Both the position numbers and the translations under genes were made by a program. A DNA stretch of 32,194 bases, from NCBI RefSeq assembly GCF_001194135.2, contig NC_068983.1, positions 125,121,460 through 125,153,653 of the forward strand. Direction: 5' to 3'. This DNA comes from Octopus bimaculoides. Taxonomy: Eukaryota. Under the pieces are notes generated by a model. That model searched no databases and was not told the origin of the DNA. It saw only the letters and a list, made by a program, of their open reading frames with translations. Of the stretch, positions 1 through 11,238 are shown piece after piece (within the stretch, counting starts at the first letter, position 1; every line of letters starts with the position of its first letter).

Positions 1-248
1 TGTATGTGTGTGTGTGTGTGTGTATGTGTGTGTGTGTGTTTGTGTGTCTGTGTTTGTCCTCCTAGCATTGCTTGACAACCGATGCTGGTGTGTTTATGTC
101 CCCGTCACTTAGCGGTTCGGCAAAAAAAGACCGATAGAATAAGTACTAGGCTTACAAAGAATAAGTCCCGGGGTCGATTTGCTCGACTAAAGGTGGTGCT
201 CCACCATGGCCGCAGTCAAAGGACTGAAACAAGTAAAAGAGTAAAAGA
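1..248 (+). mobile_element. SINE family C, 3' half (after internal (TG)n)
   Basis: gcttgacaaccgatgctggtgtgttt...accgatagaataagtact...ggggtcgattt...ggtgctccaccatggc...gactgaaacaagtaaaagagtaaaagag. The same blocks recur at 1665, 2113, 18980 (rc) and 30620 (rc). Confidence 0.8.
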
Positions 249-269
249 GTGTAGATGTTCAGTGGCTAA

Positions 270-1051
270 ACATCATCATCATCATCCTCATTATCACAGT
301 CATCACCATCGTCGTCATCATCGATGTATTCGTCGTCGTCGTTTTCGTTGCCGTCGAGGTCTTCGTCGTCATAGTCGTCACCAACGGATAGAGAGAGCGA
401 TATCAGTAATACCAGGGGCACTGCTACACCCATTACTACCACTGTCATCATTGCCATCGTCTCATTATTTTATCGTGGTCGTCGTCGCCACCACCACCGC
501 CATCTATCACCTCAGTCCCACAACCTCTTCCTCCTCCTCCTTCCCACTTCCACCTCCTCCTTCCCACTTCCTCCTCCTCCTTCCCACTTCCTCCTCCTCC
601 TTCCCACTTCCTCCTCCTCCGTCCCACTTCCTCCTCCTCCTCCTCCTTTCCTCTTCCACTTCCNNNNNNNNNNNNNNNNNNNNNNNNNNNNNNNNNNNNN
701 NNNNNNNNNNNNNNNNNNNNNNNNNNNNNNNNNNNNNNNNNNNNNNNNNNNNNNNNNNNNNNNNNNNNNNNNNNNNNNNNNNNNNNNNNNNNNNNNNNNN
801 NNNNNNNNNNNNNNNNNNNNNNNNNNNNNNNNNNNNNNNNNNNNNNNNNNNNNNNNNNNNNNNNNNNNNNNNNNNNNNNNNNNNNNNNNNNNNNNNNNNN
901 NNNNNNNNNNNNNNNNNNNNNNNNNNNNNNNNNNNNNNNNNNNNNNNNNNNNNNNNNNNNNNNNNNNNNNNNNNNNNNNNNNNNNNNNNNNNNNNNNNNN
1001 NNNNNNNNNNNNNNNNNNNNNNNNNNNNNNNNNNNNNNNNNNNNNNNNNNN

Positions 1052-1113
<62 letters not shown>
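270..1113. repeat. Low-complexity (CAT/CGT)n, (CTC)n/ttcccacttcctcctcctcc repeats and (CAT)n flanking gap 664-1050
   Basis: Direct reading of the sequence. Explains the His/Pro/Ser/Met-run ORFs at 82-1251 and 448-1113. Confidence 0.9.
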
Positions 1114-1156
1114 GCTGTGGTTACTATTACCAATTATATTAAGTATAATACTGAGA

Positions 1157-1540
1157 GAGGATGCGCAATCGCCCAGTGGTTAGGCAGCGGACTCGATGTC
1201 ATAGGATCGTGGTTTCGATTCCCTGAGTGTTTATTGAGCGAAAACACCTAAAGTTCCACGAGGCTCCGGCAGGGGATGGTGGCGAACCTCATTGTACTCT
1301 TTCACCACAACCTTCTCTCACTCTTACTTCCTGTTTCTGTTGTGCCTATAATTCAAATGACCAGCCTTGTCACACTTTGTGTCACGCTGAATACCCCCGA
1401 GAACTACGTTAAGACTACACGTGTCTGTGGAGTGCTCAGCCACTTGCACGTTAATTTCACGAGCAGGCTGTTCCGTTGATCAGATCAACTGGAAACCTCG
1501 CCGTCGTAAGCGACGGAGTGCCAACAGCAACAACAACAAT
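1157..1540 (+). mobile_element. tRNA-derived SINE family A, full length
   Basis: A-box-like cgcaatcgcccagtggttagg, B-box-like ggtttcgattccc, a body shared with 2680-3050 and 9732-10110, a 3' hairpin ccgtcg-taag-cgacgg and a (CAA)n tail. Confidence 0.9.
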
Positions 1541-1664
1541 ACGGAGAATGTCAATAAAATTTATTTACGGTTCAAATCACACATTTTGTGAAAGGGTTTT
1601 GTCAATTTCACTAAACATTTTTACGTGATTGGTGATAAAGTTTTCTGAGTTGTTAAGAGGAATG

Positions 1665-1890
1665 TGTATGTGCGTGTGTGTCGCTATTTGTCTCCCCATC
1701 ACCTCTTAACAACCGTTGTTGGTGTGTTTACATCCCCGTAATTTAGCGCTTCAGCAAAATAAACTATAGAATAAGTACTGGACTTAAAAAATGAATCTTG
1801 GGGTCGATTATTTCAAATAAAATCCTTCAAGGCGGTGCTCCAGCATGGCTGCTATCAAATGAATGAAACAAATAAAAGAATAAAAGAATG
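1665..1890 (+). mobile_element. SINE family C, 3' half, diverged
   Basis: aacaaccgttgttggtgtgtttacatccccg...gaataagtact...ggggtcgatt...ggcggtgctccagcatggc...aaataaaagaataaaaga aligns by eye with 60-248. Confidence 0.75.
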
Positions 1891-1967
1891 AAAGCTTAAA
1901 CTGGCGTGAGTGATATAGTCAAATGAATCCTCTCATTACTTCATTGGTGAGTTATTTCATTGAATGC

Positions 1968-2090
1968 CGGGTGTAGCCTAAGGATTAGCCCGTTAGGCTC
2001 ACAATCGTAGGCTCATGGTTTCGATTCTAAGTCCAAATAGCACGTTGTGACCAGGAGGGGAGCACTTCATTTTGCATGTGAGGCGTATGT
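1968..2090 (+). mobile_element. Degenerate tRNA-like SINE head
   Basis: ggtgtagcctaaggattag (A-box-like) and ggtttcgattc (B-box-like) at tRNA spacing. Downstream body not identified. Confidence 0.35.
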
Positions 2091-2112
2091 GGATAGAGGT
2101 TTTCTACTTAAC

Positions 2113-2425
2113 TAAATGTTTCCGGGTTCAGTTACACAGCATTGTGCAAGTGTCTTTTTTTCTTTAGCGCTGGATTTGGTAAACAGAAACTGAAAGAAGA
2201 TCGGTGCATGTATGTGTATACAACTATATGTGCTTGTTTTGTCCTTTACTACTGCTTGACAACCGATGTTGGCTTGTTTACATTCCCACAACTTGATGGT
2301 TCGACAAAAGAGACCGATAGGATAAATATGCGATTTAATAAGAAAATAAGTACTTCCTGTAAAGCTTTCAATGCGGTGTCTCAGCATGACTGAAGTCCAG
2401 TAATTAAAACCGGTAAAACATAAAA
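2113..2425 (+). mobile_element. SINE family C, diverged, near full body
   Basis: ttccgggttcagt...gcaagtgtctt...ggatttggtaaacagaaactgaaagaag followed by gcttgacaaccgatgttgg...gagaccgatagg. Confidence 0.7.
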
Positions 2426-2679
2426 TGATGACGCTTGGTATACTTAGCTGAAAATGAATAAGCCCCAGTGATACATTGAGGGAGCAAGCCTACCAAGAAA
2501 TGGCATACTGTCCAAAGGAAAGGATTTTGTACTCTTAGTCTAAACGCTTTATAAACCTGGATAATTTCTTCCTTTATGAATATGTAGGCTGGAGCTGTCG
2601 GAAATTATGTATGACACCTGGCGTGATTGACGTAAATAGCATTTCGTGAATTTTGTATAACGCTCTACTATTTCCAATG

Positions 2680-3050
2680 TTGTTGGCACTCCGTCGCTTA
2701 CGACGTCGAGGTTTCCAGTTGATCCGATTAACGGAACATCCTGCTCGTGAAATTAACGTACAAGTGACTGAGCACTCCACAGACACGTGTACTCTTAACG
2801 TAGTTCTCGGGGATATTCAGCGTGACACAGTGTGACAAGGCTGACCCTTTGAATTACAGGCACAACAGAAACAGGAAGTAAGAGTGAGAGAAAGAGTACA
2901 GCAGGGTTCGCCACCATCCCCTGCCGGAGCCTCGTGGAGCTTTAGGTGTTTTCGCTCAATAAATACTCACAACACCCGGTCTGGGAATCGAAACCGCGCT
3001 CCTATGACCGCGAGTCTACTGCCCTAACCACTGGGCCATTGCGCCTCCAC
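2680..3050 (-). mobile_element. tRNA-derived SINE family A, full length, with TSD
   Basis: Reverse complement of the 1157 copy. Flanks are actatttccaatg (2667-2679) and actatttctaatg (3051-3063), a 13-bp TSD with one mismatch. Confidence 0.92.
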
Positions 3051-3579
3051 ACTATTTCTAATGATAAATGTATTTTCTAATAATAAATGTATTTTTTTAA
3101 ATGACTGGTTCTTAGTTCCACGCGCACACAAATTTTCAGCAGTATTATTTTGAATGGTGATTATATTGTGACGAGATTGTGTTTATGAAACTTTCTATGT
3201 GTTTTGAATTATTAAAATGTTCAGATTAGATTCTTGCTAGGTGGTATTGAGATTATAAATAAGCATATTTCAAACTATATTTCCTTTGCTGAAAACATGA
3301 AATTTAAGAAGGATAGTGAAGACGATTATTGTAAAATAGACACATCTTCAACTTAAATATGGGAAAAATAAAAAAAACAAACAAAAAAGCAAAAAAAAGC
3401 CAAAAAACAAAAGGAGAAAATCACAATTTATCTTAAACAGAATTTTACCCAAACCTCTGATGTACAAAGGAAGGTAGTTCTCATGCATACACATTTATTC
3501 AAGACTGAAGACAAGTGATTTCCCTACGTAAATATTTGTAGATTTNNNNNNNNNNNNNNNNNNNNNNNNTATATATATA

Positions 3580-3622
<43 letters not shown>

Positions 3623-4398
3623 CCGTGTGTGTATGTGTGCGTCTGTGCATGTGTGTGTGTATAAATTTTAAATGCCACACAAGTAGTATTTGAGTTAAAA
3701 ATAGATACTTATGTATCAAAATTAACATGGGTACCTGAAGAAAAGCAAATTCATTGTGGTATTTGTCCTGGAATCGTATCTCTCGTGAACGTGCAGTGTT
3801 TAAATACACAATGTATATTGGAGGCGTACAAAAATACTCTCACCAGCGGCTGGTAAGTATGCTAGATTTATTTCTGCCTAATTTAGCATCGTTATTTCAG
3901 ACATTGAACTCTCCCTCTGTGTTAGTCGCTGCTCTTTATTTCTCACTTTCCGTAGAAGTATGAGACCCATATTTCAACTCTGAATCGAGCATTCGTTATA
4001 TGCAACAGGAGTTTAAAATTGCAATCCGTTTATTATATTTTAAGCAGTGACATCATGATTGATTGCATTCTTTGTCTTGAGATAATATTTGTTATGAAGA
4101 TAAAGTGTTAACATCACAAAAATATATCAGTAGCAAAGGAAACCATCTAGCAGCAGTGGAGACATTACGAAATCCGCATTTCTGTCTCCCTTTCGGATGT
4201 ACATCTTTACCGTCACTGTGATATCAACTTGTCTAATTCGAACATGTTGACTGCTGGATTGCATTCTTGGTCCTTGTGCTTCTGTATCAGCATAGGTTTG
4301 TACGAAATGTGTGTGCATATATACATGTATATATGCAAACATCTTTAGTTACCACTACATATGCACACAAGCACGCATACACACGTATACGCATTACG

Positions 4399-4438
<40 letters not shown>

Positions 4439-5171
4439 AGTTCAAAAAGGAAAAAAGACAAAAAAACAATAGCAAAAAAACAACAACGTGAGGACGTGAT
4501 ACAGATAGTGTTACTAGACGCTCGGGAAAGGAAAGAGAGAGAGTATGACGTTTCGAGCGGAGCTCTTCGTCGGAAACAAGGAAAGTTCAAAGAAGGGAAA
4601 AACGGAGGAAGAAGAAATCAGCACCGATGTCCACGAGGTTACATTGTGGAAGGACGGGAAGAGGAAGTGGAGGAGGAAAAGTTCTTTCTAAGACAGGAGA
4701 GTGAAAAAGGGAGGTGAATATGTGTGCGTGCGCGAGGGTCTGCAAGTGTGTGTNNNNNNNNNNNNNNNNNNNNNNNNNNNNNNNNNNNNNNNNNNNNNNN
4801 NNNNNNNNNNNNNNNNNNNNNNNNNNNNNNNNNNNTGCGTGGTTTGGCTGTTTATCTGTTAGTGTGTGTGTGTGTGTTTGTGTGTATGTGTGTGTGTGTG
4901 TGACGTAGTGGAAGGAATTAATAGCAGGAGTAGTGAGGGAATGCTTGTGGACAATGGTCAGTAGAAAGTAGGCAGGCAGTTTTTGAGTATGTGTGTGTGC
5001 GTGTACGTCTGTATTGTGTGGGTGTGAATTCCTAGCAGTGTGTGCCTGTATATTTTGTATGCGTGTGTGTATGTGTATATATATGTGTGTGTACGTGTGT
5101 GTGTGTATGCGTGCGGTTTGCTCTGTGGATCGCACGTGGGTTAATTCGTGTGTGTGTGTGTGTGTGTGTGT

Positions 5172-6383
5172 ATACCAGGTTGAGTTAAATGTTTTTCAGA
5201 TTTTTTCTGGAGATTGTGGCCTACTTGCATTTCAAAGTTATATCACTAATTGTTTATTCCTTATTTTCATACATAACATATAAGTATTAAATCGTTTATT
5301 CTTTATTGTACTGTTTTGATAATGAGTGGTTACAAAATTAAAGTCACTTCGTGCTACCCGTGGAAAAAAAAAGGACTGAGTCTAATGACAGCGGCAAAAT
5401 GAATTAATGATTTGGAAAGCCCAGGAGCTATCAACGAACGTGTGATGCAAAATAGGTTCAGACGTTTCAAGGAAGGGGACATCAAACTCGAAGACAAACT
5501 AAGGTCGGGAAGACCTGTTGCGGTAGATGAGGCTTTGATGGAAATGGCTGAACATCCACCAAACACAAGCACTCGTACATTATGGGAAGAACTTAGTTCT
5601 TCAGAAAGTACTATCAATCGACACTACCATAAGCTCGGTCTTGAGAGCAGACATTGACGATCTTGAGAAGTCCCTCATAAACTGACCGATGGCTAGGTTC
5701 GATGAAATGTGAACGTTTGTAAATGACTGGTGGCAAATCCGATATTCTTTTTGGGGTCCAATTATAAACCTAGAAAGAGGCAGCAGTGACTTCGTTTCGT
5801 CCAGGCTTCAGTACCTGTAGTCAGACAAGTGTATTTTGAGCAGTAGTTTATATTGTGTGCATGGTAGAATTTCATGTGCGGGTCGTACGTTGAACTTGTT
5901 CCAGAGAGTCACGCTGAGAACGCTAGCGTATAACCTCAGCACCTGCAGAGTGTATACGATATTTTGAAAGCTCTGCTACCCGGCATTGGTCAGTCGAAGA
6001 TACACAGTCTTACAGCATGACAATTCCCCAGCATACACTGCCAATGTGACTAAACAAGAACATATGGAACTCAAGGTACTGGAAGTGCTGCTTCTACAGT
6101 TCCGAACTTGCACCATTATAATATGCCCATTTCCACACTATGGCATATTTCCTGCACAGACGGAGGTTCAACGATTTGGACGAGTCTGAAAACGAGTTTT
6201 TTTTTGCGTCTAAACCAGCCAGATGTTATATGCGTGGAATTGAGCGTCTGACACAAGGTGTGAATGGCAAGGGACAATAGTATACAAGAGGAGATATTTT
6301 GATGAATAAACGTTCTTCGTATGTAATTTGTTTGGACTATTAATTAAAGCTTGAAATATGAAAAACCTTTGACTCAACCTGAT
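5172..6383 (+). mobile_element. Decayed mariner (Tc1/mariner) DNA transposon with both TIRs
   Basis: TIRs accaggttgagttaaatgtttttca (5174-5198) and tgaaaaacctttgactcaacctgat (6359-6383), 22/25 identical. HTH peptide NERVMQNRFRRFKEGDIKLEDKLRSGRP (ORF 5412-5657) and catalytic LQHDNSPAYTA (ORF 5986-6189). Many stops and frameshifts. Confidence 0.88.
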
Positions 6384-6470
6384 GCGATCTTACTTTATAT
6401 ATACACGAGTGTGTATGTATATATATGTATACACATACAAAGATGTATATGTCTAAGTACATACAAACAT

Positions 6471-6522
<52 letters not shown>

Positions 6523-7489
6523 NNNNNNNNNNNNNNNNNNNNNNNNNNNNNNNNNNNNNNNNNNNNNNNNNNNNNNNNNNNNNNNNNNNNNNNNNNNNNN
6601 NNNNNNNNNNNNNNNNNNNNNNNNNNNNNNNNNNNNNNNNNNNNNNNNNNNNNNNNNNNNNNNNNNNNNNNNNNNNNNNNNNNNNNNNNNNNNNNNNNNN
6701 NNNNNNNNNNNNNNNNNNNNNNNNNNNNNNNNNNNNNNNNNNNNNNNNNNNNNNNNNNNNNNNNNNNNNNNNNNNNNNNNNNNNNNNNNNNNNNNNNNNN
6801 NNNNNNNNNNNNNNNNNNNNNNNNNNNNNNNNNNNNNNNNNNNTATATAAGCTTTCAAAATGTTTATAGAAACTGTAACCTAGTTTGTAAACATAAGAGC
6901 TTGAGGGAATGAAAAGTAGAAACTTTGTAAATTTTGTATTGTAAATTTCTGTTTCCCCCCCTTTGACAACGTTCTTTTCATTTAACATAGTGATATCCAA
7001 ATAGGAAAAAGAAAACAGAATTTAAGTCTGGCAATATTTGTAAAATTGCTTACACACACACGCACGCGCACACACACACATACCCTACACACATATGCGA
7101 GTTACCAAGGTATGAATATTTAGTGGCATTTATCATTAATGTAGATTTTACGCTTTTGCTTTCAAAATGTTTTACCCTGTAAGCAGTGACTGTACTGTGG
7201 CAGTACGCGTGTTTACAGAACATATATACACGTGCTAAATATAATATGATATGAGTTCTTATATATGTACGTGTGTCTAAATATTAGTATATATCGTGTG
7301 CGTATGTATATTTAACATTGTTATATATATAGGAAGTTATGAGCGATTGTGGTGTCAATTAGACCCAGAGATTTCAGGTAATACTGAGGAAGTGCTATGG
7401 ATAGACCATAGTTAAGCTCCAGGTTCGGAGATTATATGAATAAGGGGTCCAACGTAGGTCATATATCAGCGTGTGAATATAAGGATTTA

Positions 7490-8030
7490 CATTTCGTAAT
7501 GAGATAAAAAAAAAAAACCAAGGCTGTATATAATATAGAACATTTATAAATAGGTCATACAGTTGTTTCCAGGATATTTATCATATCCTTTCATCGAAGA
7601 CGGTGTGAGAGGATGGTTAAGCAATAGTTATTTTAGAACCCTTGATTCAATAACATTGCGTATAAACTCTGTATTTGGAATAACCAGTTTCAATGACTGT
7701 TGGATTTTACTCATAGGGTATTGAAATCTTAATAATGGATTTACAAATGCAATGACCAATCTTAAAGACTATTGGATTTTACTCACAAGGTATTGGAATC
7801 TTATATATATATATATATACTATTCTGCCTAAAGAATGGATTTACAAATACAATATTCCCTACATTCACTCTCTGTTTCGTATCTTATCTAAATTAATTA
7901 TTGCTTAACCATCCTCTCACACCGTCTCCGATGAAGGGATATAATAAATATCCTGGAAAAGCTGTAAGACCTATTTATAAATGTTCTATATTATACATGG
8001 CCTTCGTTTTTTTTTATCGCATTACGAAAA

Positions 8031-8031
<1 letters not shown>
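7490..8031. mobile_element. MITE with ~145-bp terminal inverted repeats and TA flanks
   Basis: 7490-7637 is the reverse complement of 7888-8031 (e.g. agacggtgtgagaggatggttaagcaata / tattgcttaaccatcctctcacaccgtct). TA at 7488-7489 and 8032-8033. The ~250-bp core is non-coding. Confidence 0.8.
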
Positions 8032-8067
<36 letters not shown>

Positions 8068-8236
8068 TATGTACCACTATGATATACACACATGCGCATA
8101 TATAATATATATATATATATGTGTATGTGTGTGTGGGGAGTGGATCCGTGCGTGTTTTTATGTGTGTGTGTGTGTATGTAAATTGACTATCATCGTAAGA
8201 GTGTGTGATACGGCGGTACTAATTGAATTAAAAGAC

Positions 8237-8395
8237 GACGGGCTTTCATACTGCTTACGTCTATCAATTTCTGTCATAAGTTATGACTCCATCTCAGGTT
8301 ATAGATAAAACACATTCATTCAAGATCCTACGTAGTGAGATCGAACTCGGTATCTCCTCAAGCGAAACTCTTAATTCTCAATCGTGCTGAAACTA
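8237..8395 (-). mobile_element. Old SINE (family C-like 5' half)
   Basis: gacgggctttcatac...cgtctatcaatt...gtagtgagatcgaactcgg resembles 19196-19290 and 31339-31380. Confidence 0.45.
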
Positions 8396-8489
8396 TATAT
8401 AGAGGCATCTTGTTGCCTCTCAGAACGTAAAGAACAGGAGAGATTAATGCATGGCATTAATCTGTTCCCTCGCTGCTCTTACAATTTTT

Positions 8490-8672
8490 TATATTCCACA
8501 AGGCATGACATTTGGCGGGAAGGTACATAGTCTATTACATTTATCTGAGTGTTCAACTAAATCTTACTTTATTGACTCCGAAAGGAAGAAAGGCAAAGCC
8601 AACATCGGCGGCATTACTGAGAATGTAAATCGTTTTATCCGGCATATTAACGACTCTGTTAGCTACCTGCCC
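8490..8672 (-). mobile_element. tRNA-derived SINE family B, diverged
   Basis: gactccgaaaggaagaaaggcaaagccaacatcggcgg matches the reverse complement of the central block of 28344-28560. Confidence 0.7.
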
Positions 8673-8899
8673 TAATATGAAGTGTTCCAGCAAACAATCG
8701 CTTCAAGAAAGTCAATAAACAGCACTAATATAACAGTGCAGCTACCACGAAGATTCCTCCCAATTTAACTATGTAAATAAATGTAGCGTCTCTTAAATTT
8801 TAGTGCTTCTTTCTCATTTTAGTCTAGAATGAATTTGTCAACAGGTCAGAAAAAAAAAAACAGAAAAGAAAAAGAAAAAGAAAACCTGTTTTCATTGAA

Positions 8900-9300
8900 T
8901 TCAGACGCTTCCAGTAAATCAGAGAAAACATCCACTCTTCTTTCGATTACTTCAGGTATCAACTGATACCTACTTTGCATACAATTTCAATAACCCAATT
9001 CTCTCACCGTCTTCTGTAATTCGATAATCTAGCTGTACAGCAAGATTGTGACTCGTCTGTCTGCACAAAGCAGTTCGTCTATTCACTGGCGATTTCTGTC
9101 ACTGATCGCACATGACTGTCTCCAACTTGGTGATTTTTCTTCGATGGTAGTTTACACTTTTTTCAAATACTTCATTCATTTTTGCACATTGGTCTTTTCT
9201 GTAGCGTCATCTCCGTAAGCAACCTGTATTCGTCTGTGGATGTTAGATAGCTTGCATCCTTAATCGTCAAGAATTAAATGAGGGCACAGTGCTTCTCTTT
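8900..9300 (-). mobile_element. Mariner transposase N-terminal (HTH) remnant
   Basis: Manual minus-strand translation gives GCKLSNIHRRIQVAYGDDATEKTNVQK, DELLCADRRVT and VRELGY, which are typical of mariner HTH regions. Frameshifted, no TIR found. Confidence 0.65.
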
Positions 9301-9480
9301 GGCATCCTGTAATTGTCTGCAATGATGAAGGAGACGAAGAAAACTATGAATACAGGAAGAAGTACAGAGCCAAAATGAGCTGTTTGGACAGCCTGTGCAA
9401 TTTATGAAAACATTCACCCAACATTTGCATATTCGTGTGAAATTACTTGTAATTTAGATTTAAAGCTCAAATTAATATTA

Positions 9481-9636
9481 GTTTCAAATTTTGCACGGGG
9501 GACAGGCTAAGTCGATCACAACAACTCCCCGAAAGGGTAAAAAGCAGTCAACCTCGGCGGGATTTGATCTCAGAACACAAAATGCCACTAAGCGTTTTGC
9601 CCGGTGTGCAAACAATTTCGCCAGTTCGCCGCTTAA
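9481..9636 (-). mobile_element. SINE family B, internally deleted
   Basis: ccccgaaagggtaaaaagcagtcaacctcggcgggatttgatctcagaac...gccagttcgccgc. Confidence 0.75.
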
Positions 9637-9647
9637 GAAGCTCAAAA

Positions 9648-10232
9648 TTAATACTGGTTTAAAATTTTGACACAAGGCCAACAGGTTCGGAGTAGGGAAT
9701 AAGTCGATTAAATAGACCTCAGTGCTAAACTGTTGGCACTCCGTCGGTTACGACGTCGAAGGTTCCAGTTGATTCGATCAACGGAACAGCTTGCTCGTGA
9801 AATTAACGTGCAAGTGGCTGAGCACTGCACAGACACGTGTACCCTTAACGTAGTTCTCGGGGATATTCAGCGTGATACAGTGTGACAAGGCTGGCCCTTT
9901 GAAATACAGGTACAACAGAAACAGGAACAAAGAGTGAGAGTAAGTTGTAGTGGAAGACTACCGCAGGGTTTGCCACCATCCCCTGCCGGAGCCTCGTGGA
10001 GCTTTAGGTGTTTTCGCTCAATAAACGCTCACAACGCCCGGTCTGGGAATCGAAACTGCGATCCTGTGACCGCGAGTCCGCTGCCCTAATCACTGGGCCA
10101 TTGCGCCTCCACCCCAGTGCTCAACTAGTACGTATTTTATCGACACCGAAAAATGAAAGGCAAAGTCGACAAGGCTGAATTTGAACTCAGAACGTAAAAA
10201 CGGACGAAATGCCGCTAAGCGTGCTCGCCCTC
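9648..10232 (-). mobile_element. SINE family B interrupted by a family A SINE
   Basis: aagtcgattaaatagacctcagtgct resumes after the insertion as ccccagtgctcaactagtacgtattttatcgac...aaaggcaaagtcgac...gaactcagaacgt. Confidence 0.8.
9732..10110 (-). mobile_element. tRNA-derived SINE family A nested in SINE B
   Basis: Full A body. Flanks are acctcagtgctaaact (9716-9731) and accccagtgctcaact (10111-10126), a 16-bp TSD with two mismatches. Confidence 0.92.
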
Positions 10233-10942
10233 CTAGCTGAAAATAACATTAATATTGTTTTAACCTAAATATTTTATACCTTGATTGTTGTATTCACTCT
10301 GTACTTTTCTATTTACATTTTCATATGAATTTCACCTTACATATATGACTTATATCTCTTGTTGGAGGTGAAATGTAATGTTGAATGAGACACCATTTAG
10401 TCGTAGAAGGAAGTGATTAATCAATTTCTTGCTCCTGGTCATCTTTAATGACTTGCAAGCGCTTATACGAGACGGGTAAACATCGAAGGACTAAATAAAT
10501 AAGTAAATGATAATAAAATCAACAATTATGATACTGATGACTACAACAGGAAAATAACACCAACATTACCACCATCACCACTACCACAACCAACAAGAAC
10601 TACAACAGCATGAAAAACAGCGACAATAATAAATCATAATAGATATGATAATGACTTCTTTATTAGTCATCAGAGATCACACAAAGTCGAGGACATTCAA
10701 GGACAAAGTTATGGAAAATAGAACGGTGTGTTATGCGGGAACAAAATGAAAGCAAAAACATTTTAATAATAAAATGTTAACCAAGACAATTCCGTAATCC
10801 GATGGCTACTAGTGGAAATCTCCCTGGCAACTGAAGCAACCACCCTCTTTAGGCTACGCTTGTCTAGTTCTAAAAGCGCATATTCAGTTCACTTTTCTCT
10901 CATTCATTTTTCAACCAAATTTTTGAAAAGTAGCATTGCAAA

Positions 10943-11208
10943 GGTGGTCTCCATTTTTCCATACATAATCAGCTACACCCGATATTGATAAATCGGGTAT
11001 AGCTGATCATGTATGGAAAAATGGAGATCATCTCCCCCTGTGGGATGAAGTTAAAATAATAGACAGAGAACACCACTGGAAAATACGAAAACTAAAAGAA
11101 GCAGCACATATGCTAGGACCTAACAACCTCCTAAGGAGACCGAATGCAGATATGAACAGCATATGGGACCCGGTATTAAGGAAGGATAGGAGAATATTAG
11201 ATTTATAA
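10943..11208 (+). mobile_element. Penelope-like element: GIY-YIG endonuclease C-terminal fragment with inverted 5' end
   Basis: Stop-free frame 10981-11208 DIDKSGIADHVWKNGDHLPLWDEVKIIDREHHWKIRKLKEAAHMLGPNNLLRRPNADMNSIWDPVLRKDRRILDL* matches the PLE pattern SxIAxH...WxxVKII...RKLKEA. 10948-10983 is an inverted copy of 10992-11027. Confidence 0.8.
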
Positions 11209-11238
11209 GCCCTAAAATTCACTTCATAATTTCCCACT

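Noticed and set aside
1159-1225. tRNA-like sequences (also 2985-3049, 10045-10110, 28345-28425)
   Set aside because: These are SINE heads attached to repeat bodies, with no acceptor-stem closure, so they are not tRNA genes.
82-1251. 389-aa ORF and other long ORFs crossing N-runs (6340-7000, 17494-18357, 20678-21551, 30792-31406)
   Set aside because: Their length comes from N codons and microsatellite runs (His, Met, HT, VC, YI). They are not genes.
3051-3100. Short tandem repeat tattttctaat(g/a)ataaatg next to the SINE TSD
   Set aside because: A two- to three-unit AT-rich slippage duplication with no spacer structure. Not CRISPR-like or functional.
4361-4717. 118-aa charged ORF (EDVIQIVLLDARERKERE...)
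   Set aside because: Starts inside (CA)n, is purine-rich low complexity and has no recognisable domain. Kept only as part of the low-interest unique-island finding.
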